DNA of 64,000 bases from an uncultured Pseudomonadota bacterium (GTDB taxonomy: Bacteria > Pseudomonadota > Gammaproteobacteria > Burkholderiales > SG8-39), in contig CAIKRR010000014.1 in assembly GCA_903829815.1 (NCBI GenBank), positions 209,024-273,023 of the forward strand. The letters run 5' to 3'. The number at the start of each line of letters is the position of its first letter. The stretch's first letter is position 1. The translations under genes were made by a program, and so were the position numbers. A model generated the notes under the pieces. It saw only the letters and a program-made list of their open reading frames with translations, had not been told where the DNA came from and made no database searches. This document shows positions 19,701 through 30,860 of this stretch, piece after piece.

Positions 19701-21401
19701 TCATAACAAACTGGTCTGCAGTCGCTGGCGCAGTACGAACACACGCCGCGCATCACGCGCAACGACCGCCATCGGCAGGCCGCGCGCGGACAGTGCATCG
19801 TAGGTGCGCGGCTGCATCATGGCGCCCGCCTCTTCATCGGCCACCCAACGTTCGACGAACTCCTCGAGCGTGTCGATACCGCGTTCAGGGTCGATGGCAA
19901 GCCCCAGATCGAGCTCGTCGCGATAGGCGACCAACACCAACTCGCGCCCCATGTAGAAGCCAAAGGAGTTGTCAAAGGTTCCAACCGAATACCAGGTGCC
20001 GCTGCGTTCGCCTGCGGCGAGGCTGCGGTTCACCTCGGCAGCAAAGGCGCGCGCCGAATACGACGCCTCGAATACCGTGGCACCACTCAGAAGGGTCTGC
20101 CAACCGACAAGGCTGCAAAAGCCCAGCACAAGCAGCGCAGCGGACACACGACCGCGCCTGAAGAGCGGTCGGGCTGCAAGCGATGCCGAGGCAAGCAGGA
20201 AAGCAGCCGTCAGTGCCCAGGGGAGAAAATCCTGCGCAAGCGCGGGTGGCACGTCGTCAATGCCGGTGCTCGCCATCACCAGTGCAACCACCACCAGGAT
20301 CGCCGCCACGAGAACACCCGACCAGCAGCGACGTGCCAGTTGCACCGGCGGGGCCGCGGCGACAAACAGGCCGATCTGGATGGCGATGAACGGAAACACC
20401 GGCAGCACGTAACCGGGCAGCTTCGAACGCGACAGGCTGAAGAAGATGACCACGACGGCGATCCAGATGCGCATGAAGAGGCGCTCGTCAAAGACCGGAC
20501 TGCAGTCGCTCGCCAGTACCCGTCCATCGCGACCGGCAAGATCACTGAATGCCGGGCCCCCGACTGCCGGGCCGCTGCGCGCACCGCGCGAAGACCAGGA
20601 CCAGAATGCACTCCAGGGCAGCATGCCCACCAGAACGATGGCGATGAAGTACCACCATGCACCCGTACGCCGGTGCACATCGGAGCCGAAGCGCGCGAAG
20701 TGCTCGTGCACGATGAAGAAGTCGAAGAACTCACCGTGGGCCCATTGCGCAGCCATCATCCAGGGCGCACACAGGAGGAGCACGATCGCAAGGCCGCGCA
20801 GAAGATGCAGGCGCAAGGGCAGTCGCCAGTCGCGCCGCAGCACCATGTAGAGAGCCAGCGCAAGCCCGGGCAACACGAAAGCCACCAGCCCCTTGGAAAG
20901 AAAAGCCAAGGCCAGGGCAACCCACGCGGCAAGAAGCCAGCGCAGACGGTGTGATCCATCGGCCCGGACTCGGCCAGCCTCCGCTTGCATGAGACCGACA
21001 AGCGCAAGCGTCAGAAAGAAGGCAAGCCCCATGTCGAGCGTTGCCACCTGCGAGAACAGGAAAAAGAGCAGACTGCTCCCGAGCATGGCCAGGGCAGCCA
21101 GGCCGGCTACCGGCCCACCGCGACGCCACGCAAACCAGCCCGCCAGAAGCGCCGCACCCAGACCACAGAGCGCCGGCCAGAGGCGTGCAGCAAAGGCTTC
21201 CTCGCCCAGTGCCTTGAAGGCCACTGCGGTGGCCCAGTACTGCAGGGGTGGCTTTTCCAGGTAGACCAGGCCGTTGAGGTGCGGGGTCACCCAGTCGCCG
21301 CGGGCGAGCATTTCCTTGGGAATCAGGGCATAGCGCCCTTCATCAGGTGAAAACAGTCCGCGCAGACCCAGCGCGCCAAACCACAGCACGACAAGCAGCA
21401 A
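19701..21401 (-). CDS. GT39/ArnT-family (PMT_2) undecaprenyl-phosphate-sugar-dependent glycosyltransferase
   Basis: Polytopic membrane protein with the ArnT-type N-terminal loop SPDEGRYALIPKEMLARGDWVTPHLNGLVYLEKPPL. TTG start at 21401, 54 nt after the upstream Bug stop. Confidence 0.8.
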   Translation of the reverse strand: MLLVVLWFGALGLRGLFSPDEGRYALIPKEMLARGDWVTPHLNGLVYLEKPPLQYWATAVAFKALGEEAFAARLWPALCGLGAALLAGWFAWRRGGPVAGLAALAMLGSSLLFFLFSQVATLDMGLAFFLTLALVGLMQAEAGRVRADGSHRLRWLLAAWVALALAFLSKGLVAFVLPGLALALYMVLRRDWRLPLRLHLLRGLAIVLLLCAPWMMAAQWAHGEFFDFFIVHEHFARFGSDVHRRTGAWWYFIAIVLVGMLPWSAFWSWSSRGARSGPAVGGPAFSDLAGRDGRVLASDCSPVFDERLFMRIWIAVVVIFFSLSRSKLPGYVLPVFPFIAIQIGLFVAAAPPVQLARRCWSGVLVAAILVVVALVMASTGIDDVPPALAQDFLPWALTAAFLLASASLAARPLFRRGRVSAALLVLGFCSLVGWQTLLSGATVFEASYSARAFAAEVNRSLAAGERSGTWYSVGTFDNSFGFYMGRELVLVAYRDELDLGLAIDPERGIDTLEEFVERWVADEEAGAMMQPRTYDALSARGLPMAVVARDARRVFVLRQRLQTSLL

Positions 21402-21455
21402 CGCAGCAGCCAGAAGCCTCGGACGTGAAATGGCAGGCCCCCGGGTCGGTGATGA

Positions 21456-22484
21456 TCAGTTCTCGAGCCGGATGCCGGCCTGCTTCACCACCCCGGCCCA
21501 GCGGGCGAGATCGGCGCGCATCTGTTCGGCAAACTGCTCGGGCGAATTGCCCACCGGCTCGATGCCCAGTGTGGCATATCGAGCCCGCACCTCCGGCTCG
21601 GCCAGTACCAGTGCGGTCTCGCGCTGCAAACGATCGATGATCGTACGCGGCGTGCGCGGCGGTGCCAGCAGCCCCACCCAGGAGGTCGCCTCGAAGCCCG
21701 CCACGCCACTTTCCATGAGGGTAGGCACATCGGGCAGAGACCCGGAACGCGTCGCGCTGGCGATTGCGATGGCCCGGGCGCGACCGTTCTTCACGAACTG
21801 CTGCGCGGTCGCGATCGCGGTGAATACCAAGGGCAACTGGCCACCGGCCAGATCGCCAATGGCCTGCCCGCCGCCCTTGTAGGGGATGTGCACCATGTCA
21901 AGGCCACTTTGCTGCTTGAGCAGTTCGCCCGCCGCGTGTGGCGTGCTGCCAGTACCCGAAGTGCCGTAGGACAGCGTGCCTGGCTGGGCTTTGGAGAGCG
22001 CAACCAGTTCGCGAAAGTTGCGCGCCGGCACATGGGTGGCCGTGATGAGGATGAGGGTGGCGTCCCCCAGCTTCGTGATCGGTGCGAAATCTCGCAAGGT
22101 ATCGAACGGAATGTGCGGGTAGACATGCGGATTGATCACCAGCGTGCCATCGAACCCGAGCAGCAGGGTGTAACCATCGGGCACCGCATGCGCCACCTGC
22201 TCAGACCCGATATTGCCATTGGCCCCGGGCCGATTCTCGATGACCACTTGCTGCCCCAGCCTCAGCGCCAGCCGGTCGGCGACAGCGCGGGCGCTGGTAT
22301 CGGTTACACCACCCGGTGCAAAGGGCACCACCAGCCGGACCGACCGATTGGGGTAGTCCTGCGCTGATGCGCAGAACGCGAAGCCCAGCACGAGCGGCAG
22401 GGCCAGTCGTGAAAAAACGCAGGCCAGAGCGCCCAGACCGGCGCAGCCACCGCACGCGGATACAGACCGGATCGCGCCTTTCAT
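21456..22484 (-). CDS. Bug/TctC-family substrate-binding protein
   Basis: Signal peptide, then AQDYPNRSVRLVVPFAPGGVTD. I chose the ATG at 22484 (MKGAIRS). Confidence 0.85.
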   Translation of the reverse strand: MKGAIRSVSACGGCAGLGALACVFSRLALPLVLGFAFCASAQDYPNRSVRLVVPFAPGGVTDTSARAVADRLALRLGQQVVIENRPGANGNIGSEQVAHAVPDGYTLLLGFDGTLVINPHVYPHIPFDTLRDFAPITKLGDATLILITATHVPARNFRELVALSKAQPGTLSYGTSGTGSTPHAAGELLKQQSGLDMVHIPYKGGGQAIGDLAGGQLPLVFTAIATAQQFVKNGRARAIAIASATRSGSLPDVPTLMESGVAGFEATSWVGLLAPPRTPRTIIDRLQRETALVLAEPEVRARYATLGIEPVGNSPEQFAEQMRADLARWAGVVKQAGIRLEN

Positions 22485-22594
22485 GCTGCCCCTCCTGGTT
22501 AGAGAATCGTGCCGGACGCATGCTACCGCACTGCGCGGGCAGCGGATAATAGGGGCCGTGGCCACACTGCGCCACCCACCCTTTGGAACCCGCG

Positions 22595-23641
22595 ATGTCC
22601 CTACGTCTTCTTGCCTCGCCCGCCTTCCACACCCGAGCCGGCACCCGTCAGACACCTCGCCGTGTTCTGGCCTCGATGGCAGGCACGCTGGGCTGCCTGC
22701 TGCTGGCGCTGGCTGCCACCGCCCCCCGCGCCCAGGACTATCCGGTGAAGCCGGTACGGCTCATCGTCACCTTTACGGCAGGGGGTGCGGCCGACCTGAC
22801 CGGCCGCATCTATGCCGAGCGACTGAGTGAATACTGGAAGCAGCAGGTAGTGGTCGAGAACCGTATCGGGGCCGGTGGCGCCATCGGTGCCGACATGGTG
22901 TTCAGGGCACCGCCTGATGGCTACACACTGCTCCTGGCAACCAACTCGCATGTGATCAATCATGTGCTCTATGACAACCTGGCCTACGACTTTACCCGCG
23001 ACTTCGCACCGATTGCGCTGGTGACTGGCGCTCCGATGGTGCTGGTAGCCCACCCGTCCTTTCCGTCCTCGGATGTGCGATCGCTGCTGGCCCTGCTGCG
23101 CGCCAACCCGGGCAAGTACAACTACACCAGTTGCAATATCGCCAGCGCCCACCACTTCGCGATGGAGATGTTCAAGACCGCCACGCATGTCAATGCGCTG
23201 AACATTGCACACCGTGGCTGCGCCCCTGCCGTCGCCGATACCGTTGCCGGTCACATTCCGCTTGCCGCCACCTCGGTGCCAGCGGCACTGTCGTTCCTGC
23301 AACAGGGGCGACTGAAGGCCATTGCGCTGCTCTCGCCCGAGCGCACGCCTTCGGCTCCGACCATTCCGACCATGCGCGAATCGGGCATCCCTGAACTGGC
23401 CGGTTACGGCACTGACAACTACTATGGCTTCATGGCCCCACCCGGTACGCCTGCAGCGCTGCGCGATCGGCTCGAAGCCGACGTACTTCATATCGCCGCC
23501 CTGCCTGAAGTGCGCGCAAGGGTTCAGGCAGCCGGTCTCGATCCGCTGGCGATCCGATCAGGGCCGATGATGCAAATGATCCGTGCCGATGCCACCAAGT
23601 ACAAGGCGGTTGCGCTCGCCTCAGGCATCAAGCCGGAATAA
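22595..23641 (+). CDS. Bug/TctC-family substrate-binding protein
   Basis: Has an RR-containing leader (TPRRVLASMAGTLGCLLLALAATAPRAQ), then DYPVKPVRLIVTFTAGGAAD. Start is uncertain between 22595 and 22676. Confidence 0.85.
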   Translation: MSLRLLASPAFHTRAGTRQTPRRVLASMAGTLGCLLLALAATAPRAQDYPVKPVRLIVTFTAGGAADLTGRIYAERLSEYWKQQVVVENRIGAGGAIGADMVFRAPPDGYTLLLATNSHVINHVLYDNLAYDFTRDFAPIALVTGAPMVLVAHPSFPSSDVRSLLALLRANPGKYNYTSCNIASAHHFAMEMFKTATHVNALNIAHRGCAPAVADTVAGHIPLAATSVPAALSFLQQGRLKAIALLSPERTPSAPTIPTMRESGIPELAGYGTDNYYGFMAPPGTPAALRDRLEADVLHIAALPEVRARVQAAGLDPLAIRSGPMMQMIRADATKYKAVALASGIKPE

Positions 23642-23746
23642 GCGCGGAGCAGTCCCACGGCGGATGCAAAGGCGGCCGATTAACGGGACAATGTGGCCCT
23701 TGGCGCCCCCGGCGCCACCACGCCTGCCTTTTGATGAGGAGACCGC

Positions 23747-24148
23747 ATGTCCACACGCCCAGAAGGCCGCACGACCGAGCCTGAAATCGATCCCGCAGGC
23801 CTCTTTCTCGAAGAGGTCTTCACTGACCGGCGCATCGGCACGATCCGGCGCCTGACCCCGGTGACCCCCGAAGGCACTCCCGACTCGAGTCGCCCGGTGA
23901 CCCATATCGGCGAGACCCAGGTGATGAGCAATGTCGGGGCCATCCCGATCGTGTTCGAGATCGAGGCCACCACGGTTGGCGAGGCTGCAACCAAGTTTGC
24001 CGCGCTGGCCAAGGAAGCCATCGACCGCACCATGCGCGAAATCCAGGAAATGCGCCGCCAGCAGTCCTCATCGCTCGTCATACCCGGTGCCGGTGGCATG
24101 GGCGGCATGGGCGGCATGGGCGGCGGCGGCAAGATCCAGCTCACCTGA
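23747..24148 (+). CDS. Hypothetical 133-aa soluble protein with C-terminal GGM-repeat tail
   Basis: A strong SD (GAGGAG, 23736..23741) lies 5 nt before the ATG. The codon pattern is GC3-rich. The product ends PGAGGMGGMGGMGGGGKIQLT. The stop lies 14 nt before ettA. I recognised no family. Confidence 0.6.
   Translation: MSTRPEGRTTEPEIDPAGLFLEEVFTDRRIGTIRRLTPVTPEGTPDSSRPVTHIGETQVMSNVGAIPIVFEIEATTVGEAATKFAALAKEAIDRTMREIQEMRRQQSSSLVIPGAGGMGGMGGMGGGGKIQLT
24095..24130 (+). repeat. In-frame 9-bp coding repeat (ggcatgggc x3, then ggc x3) encoding the GGM tail
   Basis: ggcatgggc ggcatgggc ggcatgggc ggcggcggc encodes GMGGMGGMGGGG. Confidence 0.9.
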
Positions 24149-24162
24149 TCGGACGATATCCC

Positions 24163-25836
<1,674 letters not shown>

Positions 25837-25900
25837 AAACGCCGCAACGGCCGTCTGACTGCTGCGAGGCTGTTGGTTCACCGGGCATGGCACGCCCTGC

Positions 25901-26752
25901 ATGAAACCGGTCACGCAGGGCATCGTGGGGTCGCTCATGTCGTCGGTGGGCTTTGCCACGCTCGATTCGGCCGGCAAGGCCCTCATCGAGACGATGGACA
26001 TCACCTCGATGCTCGTGCTGCGCTGCGTAGCGGTGATGATGGTGATCGTGATCACACTCGCCCTCATGGGGCAACTGGGTCAACTCGCCACGCGTGCACC
26101 CGGACTCACGCTGCTGCGTTCGGTTCTCTTCGGCCTCACCGGCGTTCTCGTGATCCTCGCGCTCAAGCACCTGCCCCTGGCCGACGCGATCGGGCTTTAC
26201 TTCGTCAGCCCGGTCTGGACCGTACTGCTGGGCGCGCCGCTCCTTGGCGAGCGCATCACACGCAATGCCCTGATTGCAGCACTGATCGGACTCACCGGCG
26301 CCTGGCTGCTGATCAAGCCAGGTTCAGGAGGTCTCGACATCTGGTCGCTGTGTGCGCTCGCCGGCGGCATCACCGGCGCAATTCAGGACATCTACGCACG
26401 GCGTCTGCGCGGGCTGACCTCACCCGCGGGGCTTCTCTTCTGGGGCATGGCGGCGATCATTCCGATGAGCCTTGTCGTCCTCGAACCCGACAAGGCGGGC
26501 CTGCCCCAGGGCCACGAAATACCGCTCTTCGCCCTGAATGTCGCAGCCGCCATCCTTGCCTACTTCTTTGCGGCACAATCGTTTCAGAAAGCACCGGCGC
26601 GTCTGATCGCCCCACTGCGCTACCTCAACCTGCTGTGGGCAGTACTTCTGGGTTGGGCGCTCTGGGGCACGGTACCCGGGCCACTGCAGACGCTGGGCAT
26701 GGCGCTGATTGTCAGCGCTGGCATCCTTTGCATACGGGAGTCACGCAATTGA
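25901..26752 (+). CDS. DMT superfamily (EamA-like) transporter
   Basis: About 10 hydrophobic helices arranged as two EamA-type halves. Confidence 0.8.
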   Translation: MKPVTQGIVGSLMSSVGFATLDSAGKALIETMDITSMLVLRCVAVMMVIVITLALMGQLGQLATRAPGLTLLRSVLFGLTGVLVILALKHLPLADAIGLYFVSPVWTVLLGAPLLGERITRNALIAALIGLTGAWLLIKPGSGGLDIWSLCALAGGITGAIQDIYARRLRGLTSPAGLLFWGMAAIIPMSLVVLEPDKAGLPQGHEIPLFALNVAAAILAYFFAAQSFQKAPARLIAPLRYLNLLWAVLLGWALWGTVPGPLQTLGMALIVSAGILCIRESRN

Positions 26753-27798
26753 GAGATACGCTGCTCGCCATCACGCTGCTCGCCGCCACTGCGCGTTGCT
26801 TGTCCGGCGTTTCACGCCGGGCATCGACCCTTTTGCTGACCCTGCCCCTTGCGCTGGCCGGACTCGCGGGCACGCCGTCGCAGGCGCAGACCGCTGCCGC
26901 GCTGCCCTACCCTTCGCGCGCGCTGCATCTGGTCAACGTATATCCCCCGGGTGGCGCATCCGATGTCGTGGCGCGTTACATCGCGCAGAAACTGTCCGAC
27001 GGCCTCGGCCAACCGGTGATCGTCGACAACCGCGCCGGAGCGGGTGGTGCCATCGGCAACGACTACGTGGCCAAGCAAACGCCTGACGGGTACACGATCC
27101 TGCTGGTGACCGGGGCCTACCCGGTCCAGGCCGCGATGGTGAAGACGCTGCCCTTTGATCCACTGCGCGACATCGCCATGGTGTCGATGCTCACACAGTA
27201 CCCCTTCGTGATCAACGTACTGCCCACGGCCCCCTACCGAACACTGGCCGAATTCATCGCCCACGCCCGCGCCAACTCAGGCAAGCTCAACTACTCCTCG
27301 GCCGGTATCGGCTCGGTGCATCACCTTTCGGGGGAACTGTTCAATGCACTCGCAGGCACCGACATCGGACACATCCCTTTCCGTGGTGGCGCAGCGCCCA
27401 TGACCGAACTGCTGGCCGGGCGAGTCGATGTCCTGTTCGAGGCGATGACGCTGTCGCTGCCCTACATCCAGGCGGGCAAGCTGCGTGCGCTTGCCGTGAC
27501 CTCACGCGAGAGGGCCCGTGCCTTGCCCGACACACCGGTAGCCGAGCAGACGCTGCCCGGCTATGTCGTGACCTCGTTCCTGGGCATCGGAACGACGGCG
27601 GGCACGCCGCCTGCTGTCATCGAGCGTCTGAACCGCGAAGTGCGCAGCATCCTTGCCACGCCCGAGGCGGCCAGGCGTTTTGTCGAACTGGGCGGTGAGC
27701 CCCAGGCAAGCTCACCCACCGAGATGCTCGATCTGGTCGCCGCCGAAATCACCAAGTGGCGCAAGGTGATCGATACCCGTCGCATCGAGCGGCAGTGA
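26749..27798 (+). CDS. Bug/TctC-family substrate-binding protein
   Basis: Signal-like leader, then LHLVNVYPPGGASD and the rest of the Bug fold. The proposed TTG start at 26749 forms a TTGA overlap with the EamA stop. The start is uncertain. Confidence 0.8.
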   Translation: MRDTLLAITLLAATARCLSGVSRRASTLLLTLPLALAGLAGTPSQAQTAAALPYPSRALHLVNVYPPGGASDVVARYIAQKLSDGLGQPVIVDNRAGAGGAIGNDYVAKQTPDGYTILLVTGAYPVQAAMVKTLPFDPLRDIAMVSMLTQYPFVINVLPTAPYRTLAEFIAHARANSGKLNYSSAGIGSVHHLSGELFNALAGTDIGHIPFRGGAAPMTELLAGRVDVLFEAMTLSLPYIQAGKLRALAVTSRERARALPDTPVAEQTLPGYVVTSFLGIGTTAGTPPAVIERLNREVRSILATPEAARRFVELGGEPQASSPTEMLDLVAAEITKWRKVIDTRRIERQ

Positions 27799-27817
27799 CA
27801 TCGGGCAGCGGCGGGGC

Positions 27818-28222
27818 TCAGGCAGCCGCAGCACCCGCCGTCGCGCACTGATGATCCTGCTCGGGCGTTCCGCCGCCGCAACCCACGGCACCCACGACGC
27901 GCCCCTCGAGGAGCACCGGCACACCGCCGCTGGAGGGCAGTGCCTCGCCGCGTGACACACCTGGAATGCTCTCCCAGAACGCCGGATTGCCCTTGCGCAT
28001 CGCCACCATCTCGACCGTGGCGCGCTTGAAGGCAGCCGCCGCAACGGCCTTGCCGCGTGAGGTCTCGGTGGTCAGAAAGCCGGTGCCATCACCGCGCAAG
28101 GTGAGCACCAGGCGCCCGCCTTCGTCCACCACCGACACCGTCATGGCAATACCGGCTCGGCCGGCTTCGGCGAGCGTGGCTGAGGCTACCCGTTGGGCCA
28201 GCGCGAGGTTCATTTCGATCAT
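27818..28222 (-). CDS. GlcG/HbpS-like (DUF336) heme-binding protein
   Basis: 134 aa with VSVVDEGGRLV...GGVPVLLEGRVVGAVGCGGGTPEQD, typical of the GlcG family. Confidence 0.8.
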   Translation of the reverse strand: MIEMNLALAQRVASATLAEAGRAGIAMTVSVVDEGGRLVLTLRGDGTGFLTTETSRGKAVAAAAFKRATVEMVAMRKGNPAFWESIPGVSRGEALPSSGGVPVLLEGRVVGAVGCGGGTPEQDHQCATAGAAAA

Positions 28223-28263
28223 GGAACAACTCCTTCAGAGATAGGTAAACCGAGGTTCATGCC

Positions 28264-29958
28264 TCAGGCCCCGGGCGGGGCCTGGGTCTGGCGTCCCAGG
28301 GTCTCGAGCAGGCGTGCCGCCTCGTCCGGGGGCGCATCCTGGGCGATGGCCGCTGCCACGTAGCGGTCCGGACGCAGGATGACGCCGCGCACGCCGGCTT
28401 CGGCAAAGAGGCGTCCGATCTGCCCCGTCTCATCGCGCACGAGCACGGCGTGAGGACCGGGCATGGGTCGGACACCGACAAAGCGTTGGTCCTTGCGCAA
28501 GAGCCCGACCTGCAGGGCACCGAGCGGCATGGGAGCACTGGCCGCGCGCCTGCCCTCGGCCTGAGCAAGCCGCTCCTGGGGCAAGCACTCGAGAACGGCA
28601 AACCCGTTGCCGGTGATCTCATCGAGCAGGACGCGGGTGCCATCGCGGCGCTCGACCGGCGGCTGAATGAACATGCGTCCCTTCAGCGCGGCACCGGCCG
28701 TACCGGTCATGAGGCCCTCGGTGAACTGCGGCTTGGGCTTGTACTTCATCTGCATGAAGTAATCGCGTGCCGGCGGATAGAGCGCGAGCAGGCGCAAGGC
28801 CCCTTGCACCAGCAGCGCATGCAGGCGCGAGCGCGGCATCATCACGTGGCCCATGTTGATGGCCATCTGGATGAGCGCACGCGCATGCGGACGTCGCTCG
28901 GTTTCGTAGGTATCGAGCACCCGCTCGCCCAGACGGCCATTGACCACGGCAGCGAGCTTCCACCCCAGGTTGTGTGCATCACGCAAGCCGCTGTTCATGC
29001 CCTGCCCGGCAAAGGGCGGACTCAAGTGTGCTGCGTCCCCAGCCAGAAAAACGCGCCCGACACGCCACCGGTCGGCTACTCGGGCGTGAAAGTGGTAGAT
29101 CACCTTGCGTACGATGATGAGGCCGGCATCGGCCGCGCTGTGGCGTGCAAGCATCAAGCGGATGGTGCCGTCATCGAGCAGATCTTCATCGCGATCGCCA
29201 GGCAGCGTCATGAATTCGTAGCGACGGGTGTTGTCGGGCCCGGGCAGCGCCAACGCCGGGCGCGCCGGATCGCAATAGACCCGGGTATGGCGAAAGTCGT
29301 CCACCGAGCCTTCGAGGTCGACGATCAGCCAGCGCTGGTCGTAGGTAGCACCCGAGAGTTCGACGCCGAGTGACTCGCGCACCATGCTGCGGCCGCCATC
29401 ACAGGCGGCCAGATAGCGTGCAGACACCTGTTGCGACACCCGCTCTGACCGCTGTTGCAGCACCGACGGGTCACCCGCCTCCTCGAGCATGACCCGCACC
29501 GCATCAGGGGCCTGCTCGAAACCGGTCACTCGCGTCTCGAATCGCACCTGAACCGAGGGATATCGCGCCAGCCCTCGACGAAGCGTCGCCTCGAGCACCG
29601 GTTGCCGAAAGGCCGAGCGACGCGGAAATCCGTAGTCCATCAGCGTGGAAACCACCTGCGCAAAACAGCGCCCGGCCGCCGAGTAGTAATACGAACCATA
29701 ACCGCGCACCAGTGTGGGCTCGGTTTCCTGATAGAGGCCCAGATACTGCAGGGTTCGCAGCGACTCGTCATCGATCGAGACCGCCCGAGGCTCACCCACC
29801 GTGCCCGGATTGCGCTCGACGACCAGCGTTCGCACCCCATGCATGCCCAGGATGTTGGCCAGGGTGAGGCCGGTAGGACCCGCCCCCAGAACAATCACCT
29901 CGAAATCAGGCTCGACAGAGCGCTCGATCGCCGCAGAGGACACGTCAGCCGCGCTCAA
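28264..29958 (-). CDS. FAD-dependent aromatic-ring hydroxylase (MhpA / 3-(3-hydroxyphenyl)propionate hydroxylase-like)
   Basis: Contains the GxGxxG site (VLGAGPTGL), ACDGGRS and GDAAHLSPPFAGQGMNSGLRDAHNL. The long C-terminal domain is as found in MhpA-type enzymes. Confidence 0.85.
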   Translation of the reverse strand: MSAADVSSAAIERSVEPDFEVIVLGAGPTGLTLANILGMHGVRTLVVERNPGTVGEPRAVSIDDESLRTLQYLGLYQETEPTLVRGYGSYYYSAAGRCFAQVVSTLMDYGFPRRSAFRQPVLEATLRRGLARYPSVQVRFETRVTGFEQAPDAVRVMLEEAGDPSVLQQRSERVSQQVSARYLAACDGGRSMVRESLGVELSGATYDQRWLIVDLEGSVDDFRHTRVYCDPARPALALPGPDNTRRYEFMTLPGDRDEDLLDDGTIRLMLARHSAADAGLIIVRKVIYHFHARVADRWRVGRVFLAGDAAHLSPPFAGQGMNSGLRDAHNLGWKLAAVVNGRLGERVLDTYETERRPHARALIQMAINMGHVMMPRSRLHALLVQGALRLLALYPPARDYFMQMKYKPKPQFTEGLMTGTAGAALKGRMFIQPPVERRDGTRVLLDEITGNGFAVLECLPQERLAQAEGRRAASAPMPLGALQVGLLRKDQRFVGVRPMPGPHAVLVRDETGQIGRLFAEAGVRGVILRPDRYVAAAIAQDAPPDEAARLLETLGRQTQAPPGA

Positions 29959-30824
29959 CTGCGCATGATCGCGTTGCCCCAGACATTGAGCGTGCGCTGC
30001 TCATGAGGCCAGATGCCCATCGACCGATCGGCTGCGCATTGCTCGATCTCGGCCGAGACCTCGACCAGATTGTCATCGGGGTCCTTGACCATGAAGAACA
30101 GGTCGTTGCCCGGGCCATGTCGGCCCACGCCCCAGAAGATCGGCATGCGCTTGACCGAAAAATCATCGGCCCAGCGCCGGATGTGCTCCCAGTCGGTGGT
30201 CTCGAACGAGAAGTGATCGAGACGGCTCTCGGGGGAGCGGAACAAGGCAAGCGAGTGATGCTCGACGTCGGTGCGCAGAAAACAGGCCCGCAACACACCG
30301 GCCTCGTCCTGCACCCGGTCAGAGACCAGAAAACCCATCTGGCGCGAATAGAACTCGACCAGAGTGTCCAGATCGGTGGAGCGAAACACCACATGCTGCA
30401 GACGACCAGGCAGCGCCTCAGCCACCGGTGCCTCCGGGGCACGGACACCAAAAACCACAGTACGGCCATCAGGGTCACGCACTGCAAACGCATCGGGCCC
30501 GAACAGGGGCGAAGGGCTCGTGATGGCCTCTGCGCCGCGCGCAAGCGCGCCACTGCGGTAGCGCTCGAGCGCGGCCTGATCGGGCAATGCGTAGCCGAAA
30601 AAAGACACCTGATTGGGGACGCCGGCACCGATCAGAACACGGCGCCCGGGTGCCTCGCACAGGACCAGTCCGCCAGCCAGTTGGCTCACGTGCATGTCAT
30701 AGATGCGCTGGAAAAAAAGCGCCAGACGCTGCGGCTCGGGCGAATCGATGCACAGGTGATCAAGACAGGCCCCGATCTCGGGACGGGCAGAAGTTTTCAT
30801 CATCCAGTTCTTGTTACCATCCAA
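29955..30824 (-). CDS. Type I extradiol ring-cleavage dioxygenase (two-module VOC/glyoxalase fold)
   Basis: Two VOC halves (LDHLCI... and LQHVVFRS...) plus EHHSLALF and GRHGPGNDLFFMVKDPDDN, as in catechol/2,3-dihydroxyphenylpropionate-type dioxygenases. 4-nt overlap with the hydroxylase. The start may be 30803. Confidence 0.8.
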   Translation of the reverse strand: MDGNKNWMMKTSARPEIGACLDHLCIDSPEPQRLALFFQRIYDMHVSQLAGGLVLCEAPGRRVLIGAGVPNQVSFFGYALPDQAALERYRSGALARGAEAITSPSPLFGPDAFAVRDPDGRTVVFGVRAPEAPVAEALPGRLQHVVFRSTDLDTLVEFYSRQMGFLVSDRVQDEAGVLRACFLRTDVEHHSLALFRSPESRLDHFSFETTDWEHIRRWADDFSVKRMPIFWGVGRHGPGNDLFFMVKDPDDNLVEVSAEIEQCAADRSMGIWPHEQRTLNVWGNAIMRS

Positions 30825-30860
30825 GGGTCATGTCTATTGTAGCCGTGATGCTCTGCTGAA

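Noticed and set aside
22546-22557. Shared 12-mer ATAATAGGGGCC upstream of two operons (also at 52601..52612), possibly a common promoter or operator
   Set aside because: A single 12-mer coincidence is expected by chance many times in a 64-kb window, since pair count divided by 4^12 is well above 1. The flanks do not align. It may contain -10-like hexamers (GATAAT, CATAAT), but I cannot support a shared regulatory motif.
25873-27798. 641-aa plus-strand ORF apparently fusing the EamA region and a Bug receptor
   Set aside because: The first roughly 290 codons are an alternative frame over the EamA transporter gene and have Arg/His-rich nonsense composition. Only the part from 26749 onward is Bug-like.
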